From a virus (Duplodnaviria; Heunggongvirae; Uroviricota; Caudoviricetes; Peduoviridae), in IMG/VR virus record IMGVR_UViG_2563366824_000006: DNA of 37,453 nucleotides. One strand, written 5' to 3'. Below, one piece after another: positions 27,263 to 36,553 of the stretch (position 1 is the first letter of the stretch; each line of letters begins with the position of its first letter). Position numbers and translations under genes: made by a program. Below the pieces are notes generated by a model. The model searched no databases. It was not told the origin of the DNA and was given only the letters and a program-made list of their open reading frames with translations.

Positions 27263-29470
27263 ATGAAATTAAAACTCAAAAACGTAACAAGCTATCATAA
27301 AGAATATTTTACTGAGTTAGATTTATCCAAAAAAATAAACATATTGTATGGACAAAATGGTTGTGGAAAATCTACCATATCAAATTATTTTTACAATCCT
27401 AAAGACACCGCCTATAAGGAATGTGTATGCGAACCCATCGATAATTATCGAACCCTAGTCTACAACTCAAAATATATAGAAGATAATTTTTATAATGCAA
27501 AAGAGCAAAAAGGTATATTTACCCTCAGTCAAAAAAATGCAGAAATTGAAAAAATACTATCTGAAAAAGAAGAGCTAAACAAATCACTAGCACATCAGCA
27601 TAAAGAAAAAAAAGAATTTATCGAAAAACTCCATGAAGCGAAAAACAAAAAAGAGCAAGAATGCATAAATTCCATATGGAATAAGACCAAAGACATAAGA
27701 AGTTCAGAATTAAAACAATTAATGAAAGGTCAAATAGGAAGCAAAGCCACTTTCTATTACCATCTAAAAAAGTATACTCCACAAACTGATATTGATATAA
27801 AATCATTAATACAATCTTATAGCAAACTTCTCGAGTTTAAAGGAAAAGAAATACCTCTGATAACTCCTTATAAAGGATATGTTTTATCTGAAGAAACTCA
27901 AAAAACATTATCCACACCAATTATTGACTCTAGCAACAGCTATTTATCTGAAGCAATAAAAGAGCTACAAAATATTGATTGGATTAAACAAGGCAAAGAG
28001 CTATATTTAAATGGAGAAATTTGTCCATTTTGCCAAAGGGACACAATAGATGATAATTTTATTAAAGCCATTGAATCTATCTTTGATGAAACATACTCAA
28101 GAAAAGTAGATCAAATACAACAAATAAAACTATCTTATGATAATGCCATTAAAAATCATCATGAAGAAATAAAGAGTAACATTTTATCATGTGAGGTGAT
28201 AAACCAAGACGAAAAAGATAAAAGCCTTTCATATGTTAAGGCATTAGAAACTATTGCAGAAAAAAACATCAAATTATTGGATAATAAAATAGAGAATCCA
28301 TCTATAAGCATTGTGCTGGAGTTTGAAAAGTCGATAGAGGAAAAACTATTAGAAGATATAGAACAATACAACAAAAAAATTAACGAGTTCAATGACAAAG
28401 TAAAAAGATTTAATAATAGCGAAATAGATATTCGCGAAAAGATGTGGGCAGCAATCAGAGACTTATGTAGCGCGGAATTTGAAATACTATCAGACTGCGA
28501 AAGAAACTTTCAAGAAAAATATGAAAACGCTGCATCCTTCATGCAGGAAATAAAAAGAAAAGAAGAGATCAACACAAATGAAATCAATGAACTAAGAAAT
28601 AAAACATCAAGTGTAGATGCAACAATAGATGCAATAAACTCACGACTTAAATTTCTTGGCATCTCTGGTTTTAGCATTGATAAACACGCCGAACTCAAAG
28701 ATAAGTATATAATATCCCGCGATGGAAACAATAGAAAACAAGATGTATATCGGTCATTAAGCGAAGGTGAAAAAACATTAATAACGTTTCTATATTTTTT
28801 AGAATGTTGCAAGGGTAAAACAAATGAAAATGATACTGATATGCGTGATAAACTCATAGTTATAGATGATCCTATATCAAGTTTATCTCAAAACTATGTT
28901 TTCGACATAGCATCCATGATCCATCATGACATAATTGAAAAAGGCATTTCATCAAAAATAATAATCCTCACCCATAATCTTTATTTCTTCCATGAGTTAA
29001 TAAAACTCGCCTCTAAAAAAGGAATAAATTTTAAACGTGACTACTTTCTTGGCAGAATAAACAAAAATGAATTTAGCACCATTAGTGCTATAGATAAAAA
29101 AAGTGTGCAAAATGAATACCAATCCCTTTGGCAAGTATTAAAAGATGCAAAAGAGAAAAAAATCAACAAAATAATAATCCCCAATATTATGAGAAATATA
29201 CTTGAGTATTACTTTGCATTTGTTCATAGAACTGACGCATTAGAGGCAAAGCTTACTGAATTAACAAATGATGAAAATAACAGCCATTTCCGTGCCTTTT
29301 ACAGATATATAAACAGAGGCTCTCACTCCGACGCAATAAACATAACAGATATGGGCGATATTGAACCTGAGAAATACTTAGAACTCTTGCACAAAATATT
29401 CAGAATGACTGGTGATGAGAAACATTACTTAACAATGATGGGTGAAGAAGAGGTAAATGTTACCGCTTAG
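27263..29470 (+). CDS. Cargo gene at the tin/old position: RloC/PrrC-like ABC-type ATPase with Rad50-like CxxC zinc hook and putative C-terminal HEPN/anticodon-nuclease domain
   Basis: 735-aa ORF, very AT-rich. Walker A GQNGCGKST (27347..27373); long coiled-coil region with CPFC (28022..28033) at its midpoint; signature-like LSEGEK; Walker B LIVIDDP; H-loop ILTHNL; C-terminal R-x3-E (MRNILEYY) and R-x6-H (RYINRGSH) motifs. Confidence 0.55.
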   Translation: MKLKLKNVTSYHKEYFTELDLSKKINILYGQNGCGKSTISNYFYNPKDTAYKECVCEPIDNYRTLVYNSKYIEDNFYNAKEQKGIFTLSQKNAEIEKILSEKEELNKSLAHQHKEKKEFIEKLHEAKNKKEQECINSIWNKTKDIRSSELKQLMKGQIGSKATFYYHLKKYTPQTDIDIKSLIQSYSKLLEFKGKEIPLITPYKGYVLSEETQKTLSTPIIDSSNSYLSEAIKELQNIDWIKQGKELYLNGEICPFCQRDTIDDNFIKAIESIFDETYSRKVDQIQQIKLSYDNAIKNHHEEIKSNILSCEVINQDEKDKSLSYVKALETIAEKNIKLLDNKIENPSISIVLEFEKSIEEKLLEDIEQYNKKINEFNDKVKRFNNSEIDIREKMWAAIRDLCSAEFEILSDCERNFQEKYENAASFMQEIKRKEEINTNEINELRNKTSSVDATIDAINSRLKFLGISGFSIDKHAELKDKYIISRDGNNRKQDVYRSLSEGEKTLITFLYFLECCKGKTNENDTDMRDKLIVIDDPISSLSQNYVFDIASMIHHDIIEKGISSKIIILTHNLYFFHELIKLASKKGINFKRDYFLGRINKNEFSTISAIDKKSVQNEYQSLWQVLKDAKEKKINKIIIPNIMRNILEYYFAFVHRTDALEAKLTELTNDENNSHFRAFYRYINRGSHSDAINITDMGDIEPEKYLELLHKIFRMTGDEKHYLTMMGEEEVNVTA

Positions 29471-29697
29471 GCCGCATATTACCGATTCGGGTAAGAACGA
29501 CGGTGCTTACGCACCGTCTCCCAGCGCCCAAAGCGGTAGCGGTTGTACTGTCGTACATTCACTAACCTTAACATGAGATTATCTCCATGCTGGCACCATT
29601 GTTGCCAATGGCAGCCTTTATACCCTTTGTATAAAGCTAATACTAAGAGCATTGCTAGGTAGATTTCCCAAGCGGTAACGTGGGTATTCTAAGACAA

Positions 29698-31986
29698 TTA
29701 CTTAAAAAGATCAAAGCCACTAAAAAACTGCTTCCACTCACCACTTATTGGATATATAAACTTTCGTCCGTCAAACTTTACCGTCGCGCCACGCGCCAGC
29801 GCCTCAAGCTCCCATCGCTGCGGCCTGATACCGTTCTGAGCAAGGTCAACGCGGATACGGTTGATTTGCAATCGTTCCGACCGGGTCAGTCTGGCAGATG
29901 GTGCCATTTCATACTGTTTTAACGGGCTTCCGTTTCTCTGCTGACGATTTGGTGTTCTCAGCCCGTGTTTTAATGCGCCCCTGAGCGCCCTCACGACCTC
30001 CGGGTCATTCCATTCGATAACACCGTCATCAACCAGATTAAGCACTGCTGCGGCGTGCTCAGAAGGCGTGGGAGCCGGTAACGAAGTATTACCGCCGGTG
30101 AGCTTTCCACAGTTATTGACAGGACTCCGAGGCGCGGCGATGCCGCTTTTTAAAGTCAAAGGCTCAACGACCGGAACTTTCGGCACAATGCGCCAGTCCG
30201 TCGTTCTGGTGATATGAATATGGCGCGCGCCGAGATGCGGCGCGTAAATGCCGACCACTCTCTCGACCTCTTCCTCGTACTCGTTAACGTCATCCGACGG
30301 GCTACGGGCGACCCTGACAGTCTGACAATCGCGCGGGACATTTGCCCCACCCTGCGCGCTGATATACAACGCAAAATCACCACTGTCTGCGGCGGCGCGT
30401 GCAGCCTCGACGCGCTCGTCAAACTCATCAGCAATGCTGACGCCGCGCGGCAATTTGCGTAGTTCACGGTAAGCCCCCATTGTCGGCAGACCAACCGTTT
30501 TAAATTGCGGGATGCGCCACGTTGACGCCCATGCAGTAACAGCCGCGGCAGTATCTTTCAGAGGTCTGCCGGTATCGTTATCGAGCTGACCATCCAGTGC
30601 ATAGCCGTCGATGTTTTTTGAGATGTATTTCGCGATATACCCCGCAGCACCGCCCCGATTAAGGTGTTTTGCCTGAAAACGGTTTCGCGCGGCTCCTCTT
30701 TCGTCGCCATCCTCTTTGAGCGCATAGCGACGCATGATTTCGATAATCTGGTTACGCTGGCGCGGATTACAAAAAAGCATCATATGCCAGTGCGGCGTTC
30801 CGTCGTGGTGTGGCTCGACGACACGCAAACCGTAGACCTGTAAATCATTATCCTTGAATGCCGTGCGCATCAGGCTCCAGATACGGCAGAGATAACGCTG
30901 CGCATCCTTTGGATTAAATGCCTCATCGTTCCAGCCGTGATTTAGCTGGACGGTTTTACTTTCGCCTTTTCTGACCTGACGTGTCGGGTGATACTTTGAC
31001 GGCGCGGTCAGCGTGATAAACATCCCTACATCACCCTCTGCTGCGGCGTAACGCTCAATACCGGCAATGGTGTTCATCAGCTCCATCCGGCGAATTTCAG
31101 GATTAGAAATACTGCCCATCACCTTACTGATAAGGTCGATGCGCTCGCCGGTTTCCCTGTTTTCGAGATCACACGATTTAAGAAATTCCAGGTTTGCCTG
31201 GCGGCGTGCACGCACATCACGAATGGCATGTTTACTGGCATAAGGAGAACGGTCTTTATTGACCTCCCCGACAGCAATCAGTAACGCCTCATGCCAGCGC
31301 ATACGCTGGCCTTTAAACTGATGAGTCCACCACTCATCGTTAAACAGACGGGCAATGGCAGAATATGCCTGCCTCGTGGTCATCTGCCCTTTACGGTATT
31401 TTTTCCAGTAGAGAGGGGAAATATTGAAAGCACGTGCAGCGCCAGCAACATGACCATAGAGGTGAGCCTGCGCCTCATCCGTAAACAGCGATTCTTTTTC
31501 GCCATGCGCATCCACCCAGGCATCGCTGAGTTCCTCATACATCATGAAAAGCTGCGATGAGATACGGGCAGCAAACTTTTTCAGCTCCTTGTCATTCATT
31601 CCCGGCAGGCGCGCATAGTGGTCACGCTCTGCCAGAAACAGTAACGACGCGTCGGTGTTCATTTCATGGCGCTGATTCACACGCTCAATGCGCGGCCATA
31701 AACGACGCTGAAAAGTGGATGTGAGGAAATAAAACCCGTGCACCGGGCTTTTATTGCGCCGGATGTAGTCATAGCGTGAAGTAAACAGCGAGCGCAAAAA
31801 GTAAGGCAGGCGGTTAATCGTGGATAAAACACCTTGCACCTGACGCATCTCGTCACGTGTAAGGGGTCTTTCGCGCCCGACAGCCTCGCGTGGCGCGTTC
31901 CATGCATAAGCACCGGTAAACGCCTTACCGGTGCCTGCAGCAAATGCTGACGGAGGGACAAAACGCCCGGAGGCTTTAACGGCCAT
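29698..31986 (-). CDS. A: Rolling-circle replication initiator A
   Basis: 762-aa product from the internal Met (MAVKASGRFVPPSAFAAGTGK...); matches P2 gpA from memory. Confidence 0.88.
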   Translation of the reverse strand: MAVKASGRFVPPSAFAAGTGKAFTGAYAWNAPREAVGRERPLTRDEMRQVQGVLSTINRLPYFLRSLFTSRYDYIRRNKSPVHGFYFLTSTFQRRLWPRIERVNQRHEMNTDASLLFLAERDHYARLPGMNDKELKKFAARISSQLFMMYEELSDAWVDAHGEKESLFTDEAQAHLYGHVAGAARAFNISPLYWKKYRKGQMTTRQAYSAIARLFNDEWWTHQFKGQRMRWHEALLIAVGEVNKDRSPYASKHAIRDVRARRQANLEFLKSCDLENRETGERIDLISKVMGSISNPEIRRMELMNTIAGIERYAAAEGDVGMFITLTAPSKYHPTRQVRKGESKTVQLNHGWNDEAFNPKDAQRYLCRIWSLMRTAFKDNDLQVYGLRVVEPHHDGTPHWHMMLFCNPRQRNQIIEIMRRYALKEDGDERGAARNRFQAKHLNRGGAAGYIAKYISKNIDGYALDGQLDNDTGRPLKDTAAAVTAWASTWRIPQFKTVGLPTMGAYRELRKLPRGVSIADEFDERVEAARAAADSGDFALYISAQGGANVPRDCQTVRVARSPSDDVNEYEEEVERVVGIYAPHLGARHIHITRTTDWRIVPKVPVVEPLTLKSGIAAPRSPVNNCGKLTGGNTSLPAPTPSEHAAAVLNLVDDGVIEWNDPEVVRALRGALKHGLRTPNRQQRNGSPLKQYEMAPSARLTRSERLQINRIRVDLAQNGIRPQRWELEALARGATVKFDGRKFIYPISGEWKQFFSGFDLFK

Positions 31987-32251
31987 ATGAGCCAAAAGCC
32001 TCTGAACAACGCTTGCTGAGTCGCTCAACCTGCGCGTTTAAATCAGCAAAAGACTTTGCGCTTCCGGTCAGAATATCGTGATGCATCAGGCCGGAAACGA
32101 GCTGGTTTAATTTCGGGTAATAACCAACCACCGCCAGCCATTCCTGACCGGCGTTTTTACCGCTTTCCGCTCTCTTTTTCTCGTGGAGAATAAACTGAAA
32201 GCTGTCACTGGTAACGACATAACGTTCGCCAATTTCAATACGAATACTCAT
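31976..32251 (-). CDS. Hypothetical protein (P2 orf83 position)
   Basis: 91-aa ORF in the small-ORF cluster between B and A. Confidence 0.6.
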   Translation of the reverse strand: MSIRIEIGERYVVTSDSFQFILHEKKRAESGKNAGQEWLAVVGYYPKLNQLVSGLMHHDILTGSAKSFADLNAQVERLSKRCSEAFGSYGR

Positions 32252-32472
32252 GCCGTTCTCCGGTAATGTTTGTTTTTTGCTTCAAAGACTGACTGACAGG
32301 AAACACAACGCGTGGCTGACGGATAAGCCGCACGACGGGCAGCAGGTATTGGCGCGTCACACTCTTCGCAAACCAGCGCAGAAGCACCGCAATGTTTTAC
32401 CCTTGCCGCGTTAATCTGACGCTCCAGTAATTCAGCCTGTTGTTCCTGAATAAAATCTACGTTGTCCGGCAT
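32248..32472 (-). CDS. TraR/DksA-family C4 zinc-finger protein (P2 orf82 position)
   Basis: 74-aa ORF with CGASALVCEEC...CVSC (four Cys in two CxxC pairs). Confidence 0.65.
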   Translation of the reverse strand: MPDNVDFIQEQQAELLERQINAARVKHCGASALVCEECDAPIPAARRAAYPSATRCVSCQSVFEAKNKHYRRTA

Positions 32473-32777
32473 TACCAGCTCCTTTTGTCGTTAAGTTTTT
32501 TAAATTCATCAGCGCAATAGCTGGCAATTTCTGTCGTTAATTTTGTGAGTTCATCCACGGAGGAGATTTTCTTGTGAAATACAGCGCGTTTAACAAGTAA
32601 ATTGACCACATCAGACAGGAGATTTAATTCGTTCTGATAAATCGCGATAACAGACTCAGTTATTTCGCGTTTTTCTTTATCAAGACCAAGTTGAATAAGA
32701 GATAAATCGCCATTTTTCATAACGGCGATTTTTAAGGCGTTATTCAGTAATACAACTGAACGAGAACAGGACATCAA
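32472..32777 (-). CDS. Hypothetical protein (P2 orf81 position)
   Basis: 101-aa ORF with coupled start/stop overlaps to its neighbours. Confidence 0.6.
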   Translation of the reverse strand: MMSCSRSVVLLNNALKIAVMKNGDLSLIQLGLDKEKREITESVIAIYQNELNLLSDVVNLLVKRAVFHKKISSVDELTKLTTEIASYCADEFKKLNDKRSW

Positions 32778-32998
32778 AGCACCTCCCCGCGAGACAATCC
32801 GATATTGTGAAATTTTTCCGACTCCTGACTGAGCAGCTCGACTATCTCCACGCGGGATAACTCCGCCTTTGTGATGTGGCGAATCATGGCGTCAAGATGA
32901 GAAGAAAAGCGCGTCGCTGCGTCGGCCTGTGCTTCGGTTCTGGCCTGTTGCAGCAGTAATGCGTATTTACCGCACTGATTTTCAGAAACTGTATGCAT
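32774..32998 (-). CDS. Hypothetical protein (P2 orf80 position)
   Basis: 74-aa ORF downstream of B. Confidence 0.6.
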   Translation of the reverse strand: MHTVSENQCGKYALLLQQARTEAQADAATRFSSHLDAMIRHITKAELSRVEIVELLSQESEKFHNIGLSRGEVL

Positions 32999-33061
32999 GA
33001 CTTTCTCCAGGCAAAAAGAAGCCCCGCACGATTAAGTGCGTTAAAAACTCTGGTTAATTAC

Positions 33062-33562
33062 TTAATGCAGATATTGCTCTGGTTTTACCGACGTCAGAAT
33101 TGTCGGTGCATACTCAAACAGGCTGAATAATTCACGTAATGCACGGAATAAAGCATCACGCCAGTAACATGATTCTTCATTAATTCGCCAGTATGGCTGG
33201 TTGAATTCTTTTTCAGTCAATCCGGCATGCATAAATAAAGTACGACGCTGACTGACTGTTAAAAAACTAATATATGCATACTCACTTGCGCCAACCTGAC
33301 GGCGTTTTGAGAATGCCCCACGCAATTCATCAATTGCACAAACCAGCCGTTCACGTTCGACGTCGTTCATTTCTTCAAAACGCATCGTTGCGTGACGCTG
33401 TTTTAACTGCGCATGGAAGCAAACCGTTAGCCGTTCGCGTTCCATCATCTGATTATAATAATCACATGTATCCTGCCAGCGAGGGACGGCAAGATGCTTG
33501 CCAATTATCCGGCGCATAGCTGCTGGCTGTTTTTCAACGAGATTGAGCGTCATCACTGTCAT
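33062..33562 (-). CDS. B: Replication protein B (helicase-loader-like)
   Basis: 166-aa ORF; P2 position and size. Confidence 0.85.
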   Translation of the reverse strand: MTVMTLNLVEKQPAAMRRIIGKHLAVPRWQDTCDYYNQMMERERLTVCFHAQLKQRHATMRFEEMNDVERERLVCAIDELRGAFSKRRQVGASEYAYISFLTVSQRRTLFMHAGLTEKEFNQPYWRINEESCYWRDALFRALRELFSLFEYAPTILTSVKPEQYLH

Positions 33563-33729
33563 TTCCAGACCCTCCGGCTTTTCAGAAAGGTCAGAGCCTT
33601 TTTTAACGGACTCTGTTTTTTGGTGCGGATAATGATTCCCTTACGCCCCTTACCGTGGGTGATGGTGAAGTCAATCGCCCTGGGGCTTTCGTTACGCAGT
33701 AACTGAGCAATACAACGAGGCTCATTCAT
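33559..33729 (-). CDS. Hypothetical small protein (P2 orf78 position)
   Basis: Internal Met of ORF 33559..33753 (MNEPRCIAQLLRNE...) avoids overlap with cox; start uncertain. Confidence 0.5.
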   Translation of the reverse strand: MNEPRCIAQLLRNESPRAIDFTITHGKGRKGIIIRTKKQSPLKKALTFLKSRRVWK

Positions 33730-33739
33730 ACGGTTCTCC

Positions 33740-34015
33740 TTAACGTGGTTCACCGAGACCTAACCACATCAACCAGCCGTCACGAATCTCTTTAGGGCGG
33801 CTTTCATAAGCCAGTTTTAGTCCGTTATTCCATGCCGGAAGGTATACCCAATATTCACCTGCACGACCTGAAGCTGATTGTGGATCGGTCATATCAATTA
33901 CAGGCAGCTTTCCTTTATCGATCATCCGACGAACCGCTCCTGTCGATTTTCCTATTAGTTTTGCGAACTCCTGATAAGGAATCGCATCAGTCATGAGTGT
34001 TACTTGCTTGCTCAT
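33740..34015 (-). CDS. cox: Cox: excisionase and repressor of the lysogenic promoter
   Basis: 91-aa ORF MSKQVTLMTDAIPYQEFAKLIGKSTGAVRRMIDKGKLPVID...; matches P2 Cox from memory. Confidence 0.9.
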   Translation of the reverse strand: MSKQVTLMTDAIPYQEFAKLIGKSTGAVRRMIDKGKLPVIDMTDPQSASGRAGEYWVYLPAWNNGLKLAYESRPKEIRDGWLMWLGLGEPR

Positions 34016-34129
34016 GTCGTCCTCTAGCCCTCATGAATTGCGTTTAATGTCTTATAATGCCTTTTAGTGCCCACATCCAAGCACTAAACAATCTACATCT
34101 AAACTAAATACTATTGAGATCTAAACACC
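34016..34129. promoter_or_regulatory. Immunity switch region: face-to-face Pc / Pe promoters with C-repressor operator repeats
   Basis: Perfect TATAAT at 34053..34058 (plus; candidate Pc -10). Exact 8-bp direct repeats atctaaac at 34097..34104 and 34119..34126, 22 bp apart, flank a candidate Pe -10 on the minus strand; a third ctaaac lies at 34084..34089. Confidence 0.6.
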
Positions 34130-34429
34130 ATGTCAAACACGATAAGCGAGAAGATAGTCTTAATGCGAAAATCAGAGTATTTGAGCAGACAACAACTTGC
34201 TGATTTAACAGGGGTTCCGTATGGCACGCTGAGTTACTATGAAAGTGGTCGTTCAACACCTCCAACAGATGTCATGATGAACATCCTGCAGACCCCACAA
34301 TTCACCAAATACACTTTATGGTTCATGACCAATCAGATCGCTCCTGAGTCCGGGCAAATTGCGCCCGCTCTCGCACACTTTGGGCAAAACGAAACAACGT
34401 CGCCCCACTCCGGTCAAAAGACTGGTTAA
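34130..34429 (+). CDS. C: Immunity repressor C
   Basis: 99-aa ORF MSNTISEKIVLMRKSEYLSRQQLADLTGVPYGTLSYYESG...; matches P2 C from memory; helix-turn-helix. Confidence 0.9.
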   Translation: MSNTISEKIVLMRKSEYLSRQQLADLTGVPYGTLSYYESGRSTPPTDVMMNILQTPQFTKYTLWFMTNQIAPESGQIAPALAHFGQNETTSPHSGQKTG

Positions 34430-34544
34430 CAATTCATCGTGAATATATTCATCACAAGTGCCTACTATTGGTGGCTAAATTTCAGCCACCACGAAAAAAG
34501 CGATTAGTAGTCGCAAAAAAACACACCACTCGGAGGGTTTTCTG

Positions 34545-35558
34545 ATGGCAATCAAAAAACTCGATGATGGTCGATATGAAGTGGACATCCGCCCTACTGG
34601 ACGTAATGGAAAACGCATCCGTAGGAAGTTTGATAAGAAAAGCGAAGCTGTCGCTTTCGAGAAATACACGTTGTACAACCACCACAATAAAGAATGGCTA
34701 TCAAAACCAACAGACAAGCGACGTCTGTCGGAGCTGACACAGATCTGGTGGGATTTAAAGGGTAAACACGAAGAGCATGGGAAATCTAATCTTGGAAAAA
34801 TTGAAATCTTCACAAAAATAACGAATGACCCATGCGCATTTCAAATTACGAAATCGCTTATCAGCCAGTACTGCGCCACCCGAAGAAGTCAGGGTATTAA
34901 ACCTTCGAGTATCAATCGTGATTTAACATGTATTAGCGGCATGTTTACAGCCCTGATTGAAGCGGAGTTATTCTTTGGTGAGCACCCTATCAGAGGGACA
35001 AAAAGGCTTAAGGAGGAAAAACCAGACACAGGCTATCTCACGCAGGAAGAAATTGCCTTACTGCTTGCTGCTCTTGACGGCGACAACAAAAAGATTGCGA
35101 TTCTTTGCCTGAGTACTGGAGCACGTTGGGGAGAAGCAGCTCGTTTGAAAGCAGAAAATATCATCCATAACCGCGTCACGTTTGTTAAAACGAAAACAAA
35201 CAAACCACGCACCGTCCCGATCTCAGAGGCTGTTGCCAAAATGATCGCGGATAACAAACGAGGTTTTTTATTCCCTGATGCTGATTACCCTCGCTTCAGA
35301 CGAACAATGAAAGCAATAAAACCGGATTTGCCAATGGGGCAAGCCACACATGCACTAAGGCACAGCTTTGCCACTCATTTCATGATTAATGGAGGAAGTA
35401 TTATCACGCTACAACGGATACTAGGTCACACGCGGATTGAGCAAACTATGGTTTACGCTCATTTTGCGCCAGAGTACCTTCAGGACGCCATTTCTCTTAA
35501 TCCGCTAAGAGGTGGTACTGAGGCCGAGAGTGTCCACACAGTGTCCACAGTAGAGTAA
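34545..35558 (+). CDS. int: Tyrosine integrase
   Basis: 337-aa ORF with C-terminal R...HxxR...Y catalytic signature (HALRHSF...Y); matches P2 Int in size and position, adjacent to att. Confidence 0.9.
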   Translation: MAIKKLDDGRYEVDIRPTGRNGKRIRRKFDKKSEAVAFEKYTLYNHHNKEWLSKPTDKRRLSELTQIWWDLKGKHEEHGKSNLGKIEIFTKITNDPCAFQITKSLISQYCATRRSQGIKPSSINRDLTCISGMFTALIEAELFFGEHPIRGTKRLKEEKPDTGYLTQEEIALLLAALDGDNKKIAILCLSTGARWGEAARLKAENIIHNRVTFVKTKTNKPRTVPISEAVAKMIADNKRGFLFPDADYPRFRRTMKAIKPDLPMGQATHALRHSFATHFMINGGSIITLQRILGHTRIEQTMVYAHFAPEYLQDAISLNPLRGGTEAESVHTVSTVE

Positions 35559-35637
35559 CGTTTAAGGGCTTTCAGTGGTAATTTATGCCGCTCAAACCCG
35601 CATTGTACCGTTGAAAGCCCCTACTGGTGACACCCTA

Positions 35638-35665
35638 AATCTCCCTTACACGGGCTTATTTTTTA
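35638..35665. repeat. Prophage attachment-site core, int-proximal copy (28-bp direct repeat)
   Basis: Exact copy of 1507..1534; the flanking sequence diverges immediately on both sides. Confidence 0.85.
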
Positions 35666-35821
35666 TGCATAAGCCGTATCCTGGTCACCGTCTTCCATTG
35701 ACCACATCGATAGAATCCCCCTTCATAACACGATGCCTTTCACGTAACGGCATCGTGCTCGTACAGATTCCGGCTACGCACAACCAGAACGCGCATGTTT
35801 GACGCTTACCAAAAAATATTC

Positions 35822-36139
35822 TCACTCTCCACATTTGAATGTCAGACGAGCGACGCCATGTAATCCTGCACCTTCTGTCTTCAGGTCAACTATCTGCATT
35901 TTTTTGCCCTGAGTAACACAGAAATGAGCTGCATCATTTTTTACTATATTTTCTGCACCAGAAATTCTGCCCCTGGCTAAAGAAGCTTCGGCTTCGGTGT
36001 AGTATTGGTTATCGAGTTTACGCTGAATATTACTTTTATATGCAAGACCAAATTTACCGATACTTGTCTCATCATTATGTACAGCACACCCAGACATAAG
36101 AAAAACACTAATTAATGATATAGCAGCTATCTTTTTCAT
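35822..36139 (-). CDS. yegR: Lipoprotein YegR (host gene)
   Basis: 105-aa product from the internal Met (MKKIAAISLISVFLMSGC..., signal peptide with lipobox); recognised as E. coli YegR. Confidence 0.8.
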   Translation of the reverse strand: MKKIAAISLISVFLMSGCAVHNDETSIGKFGLAYKSNIQRKLDNQYYTEAEASLARGRISGAENIVKNDAAHFCVTQGKKMQIVDLKTEGAGLHGVARLTFKCGE

Positions 36140-36553
36140 CTTACCTTCCCCCATTAAATACCAACGACACGCTCTGGTGTTAAAATATAATAATGGCATG
36201 ATTATTATAATTGAATAGGATTATAATAAATGTTCTGTACAACATTTCCTACATAAGTAGGAATTACATACACGGAGGCCCTTCCGGGTAACCCCATGGG
36301 GGGGTTAATATATTTTTAATAGTATATTGAAGATGCCACTGTTTAGTTGAATATTAGGTATATGCTCTTTTTTGAAATTTACCTATGGCTACCGTTAACA
36401 TTCACTGTCCCCATTGCAAGCTCCTGGTGGTAACCACTGAATCCTCCATACTTGAACTGATTTTTTATCCTCCGACTTTCATCCTGTTCTGACTCCACCT
36501 TTTCTTTTCTGCTCTACACTATCTACAGACCAATCATAAAGGCACATACGATC

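Larger units (their letters stand above)
1507..35665. mobile_element. Intact-looking P2-like (Peduovirus) prophage, about 34.2 kb, integrated at the cyaR/locI-type site
   Basis: Bounded by the 28-bp direct repeats; complete collinear set of P2 gene homologues from ogr to int, with cos between Q and the old/tin-position cargo gene. Confidence 0.9.

Noticed and set aside
29499-29518. Perfect 8-bp stem-loop (gacggtgc ttac gcaccgtc) between the convergent RloC-like gene and A
   Set aside because: It is not followed by a T-tract on either strand, so I did not call it an intrinsic terminator; it may still be a structural element or a Rho-dependent site.
35739-35767. Hairpin (acgatgcc ... ggcatcgt) between the att copy and yegR
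   Set aside because: No adjacent U-tract and no ORF that it would close off; probably host intergenic structure, not enough evidence for a feature call.
36271-36310. G/C palindrome (aacccc atg ggggggtt) in the yegR-yegS intergenic region
   Set aside because: Short, isolated, outside the prophage; no flanking repeats or coding potential to suggest a mobile element or a riboswitch.
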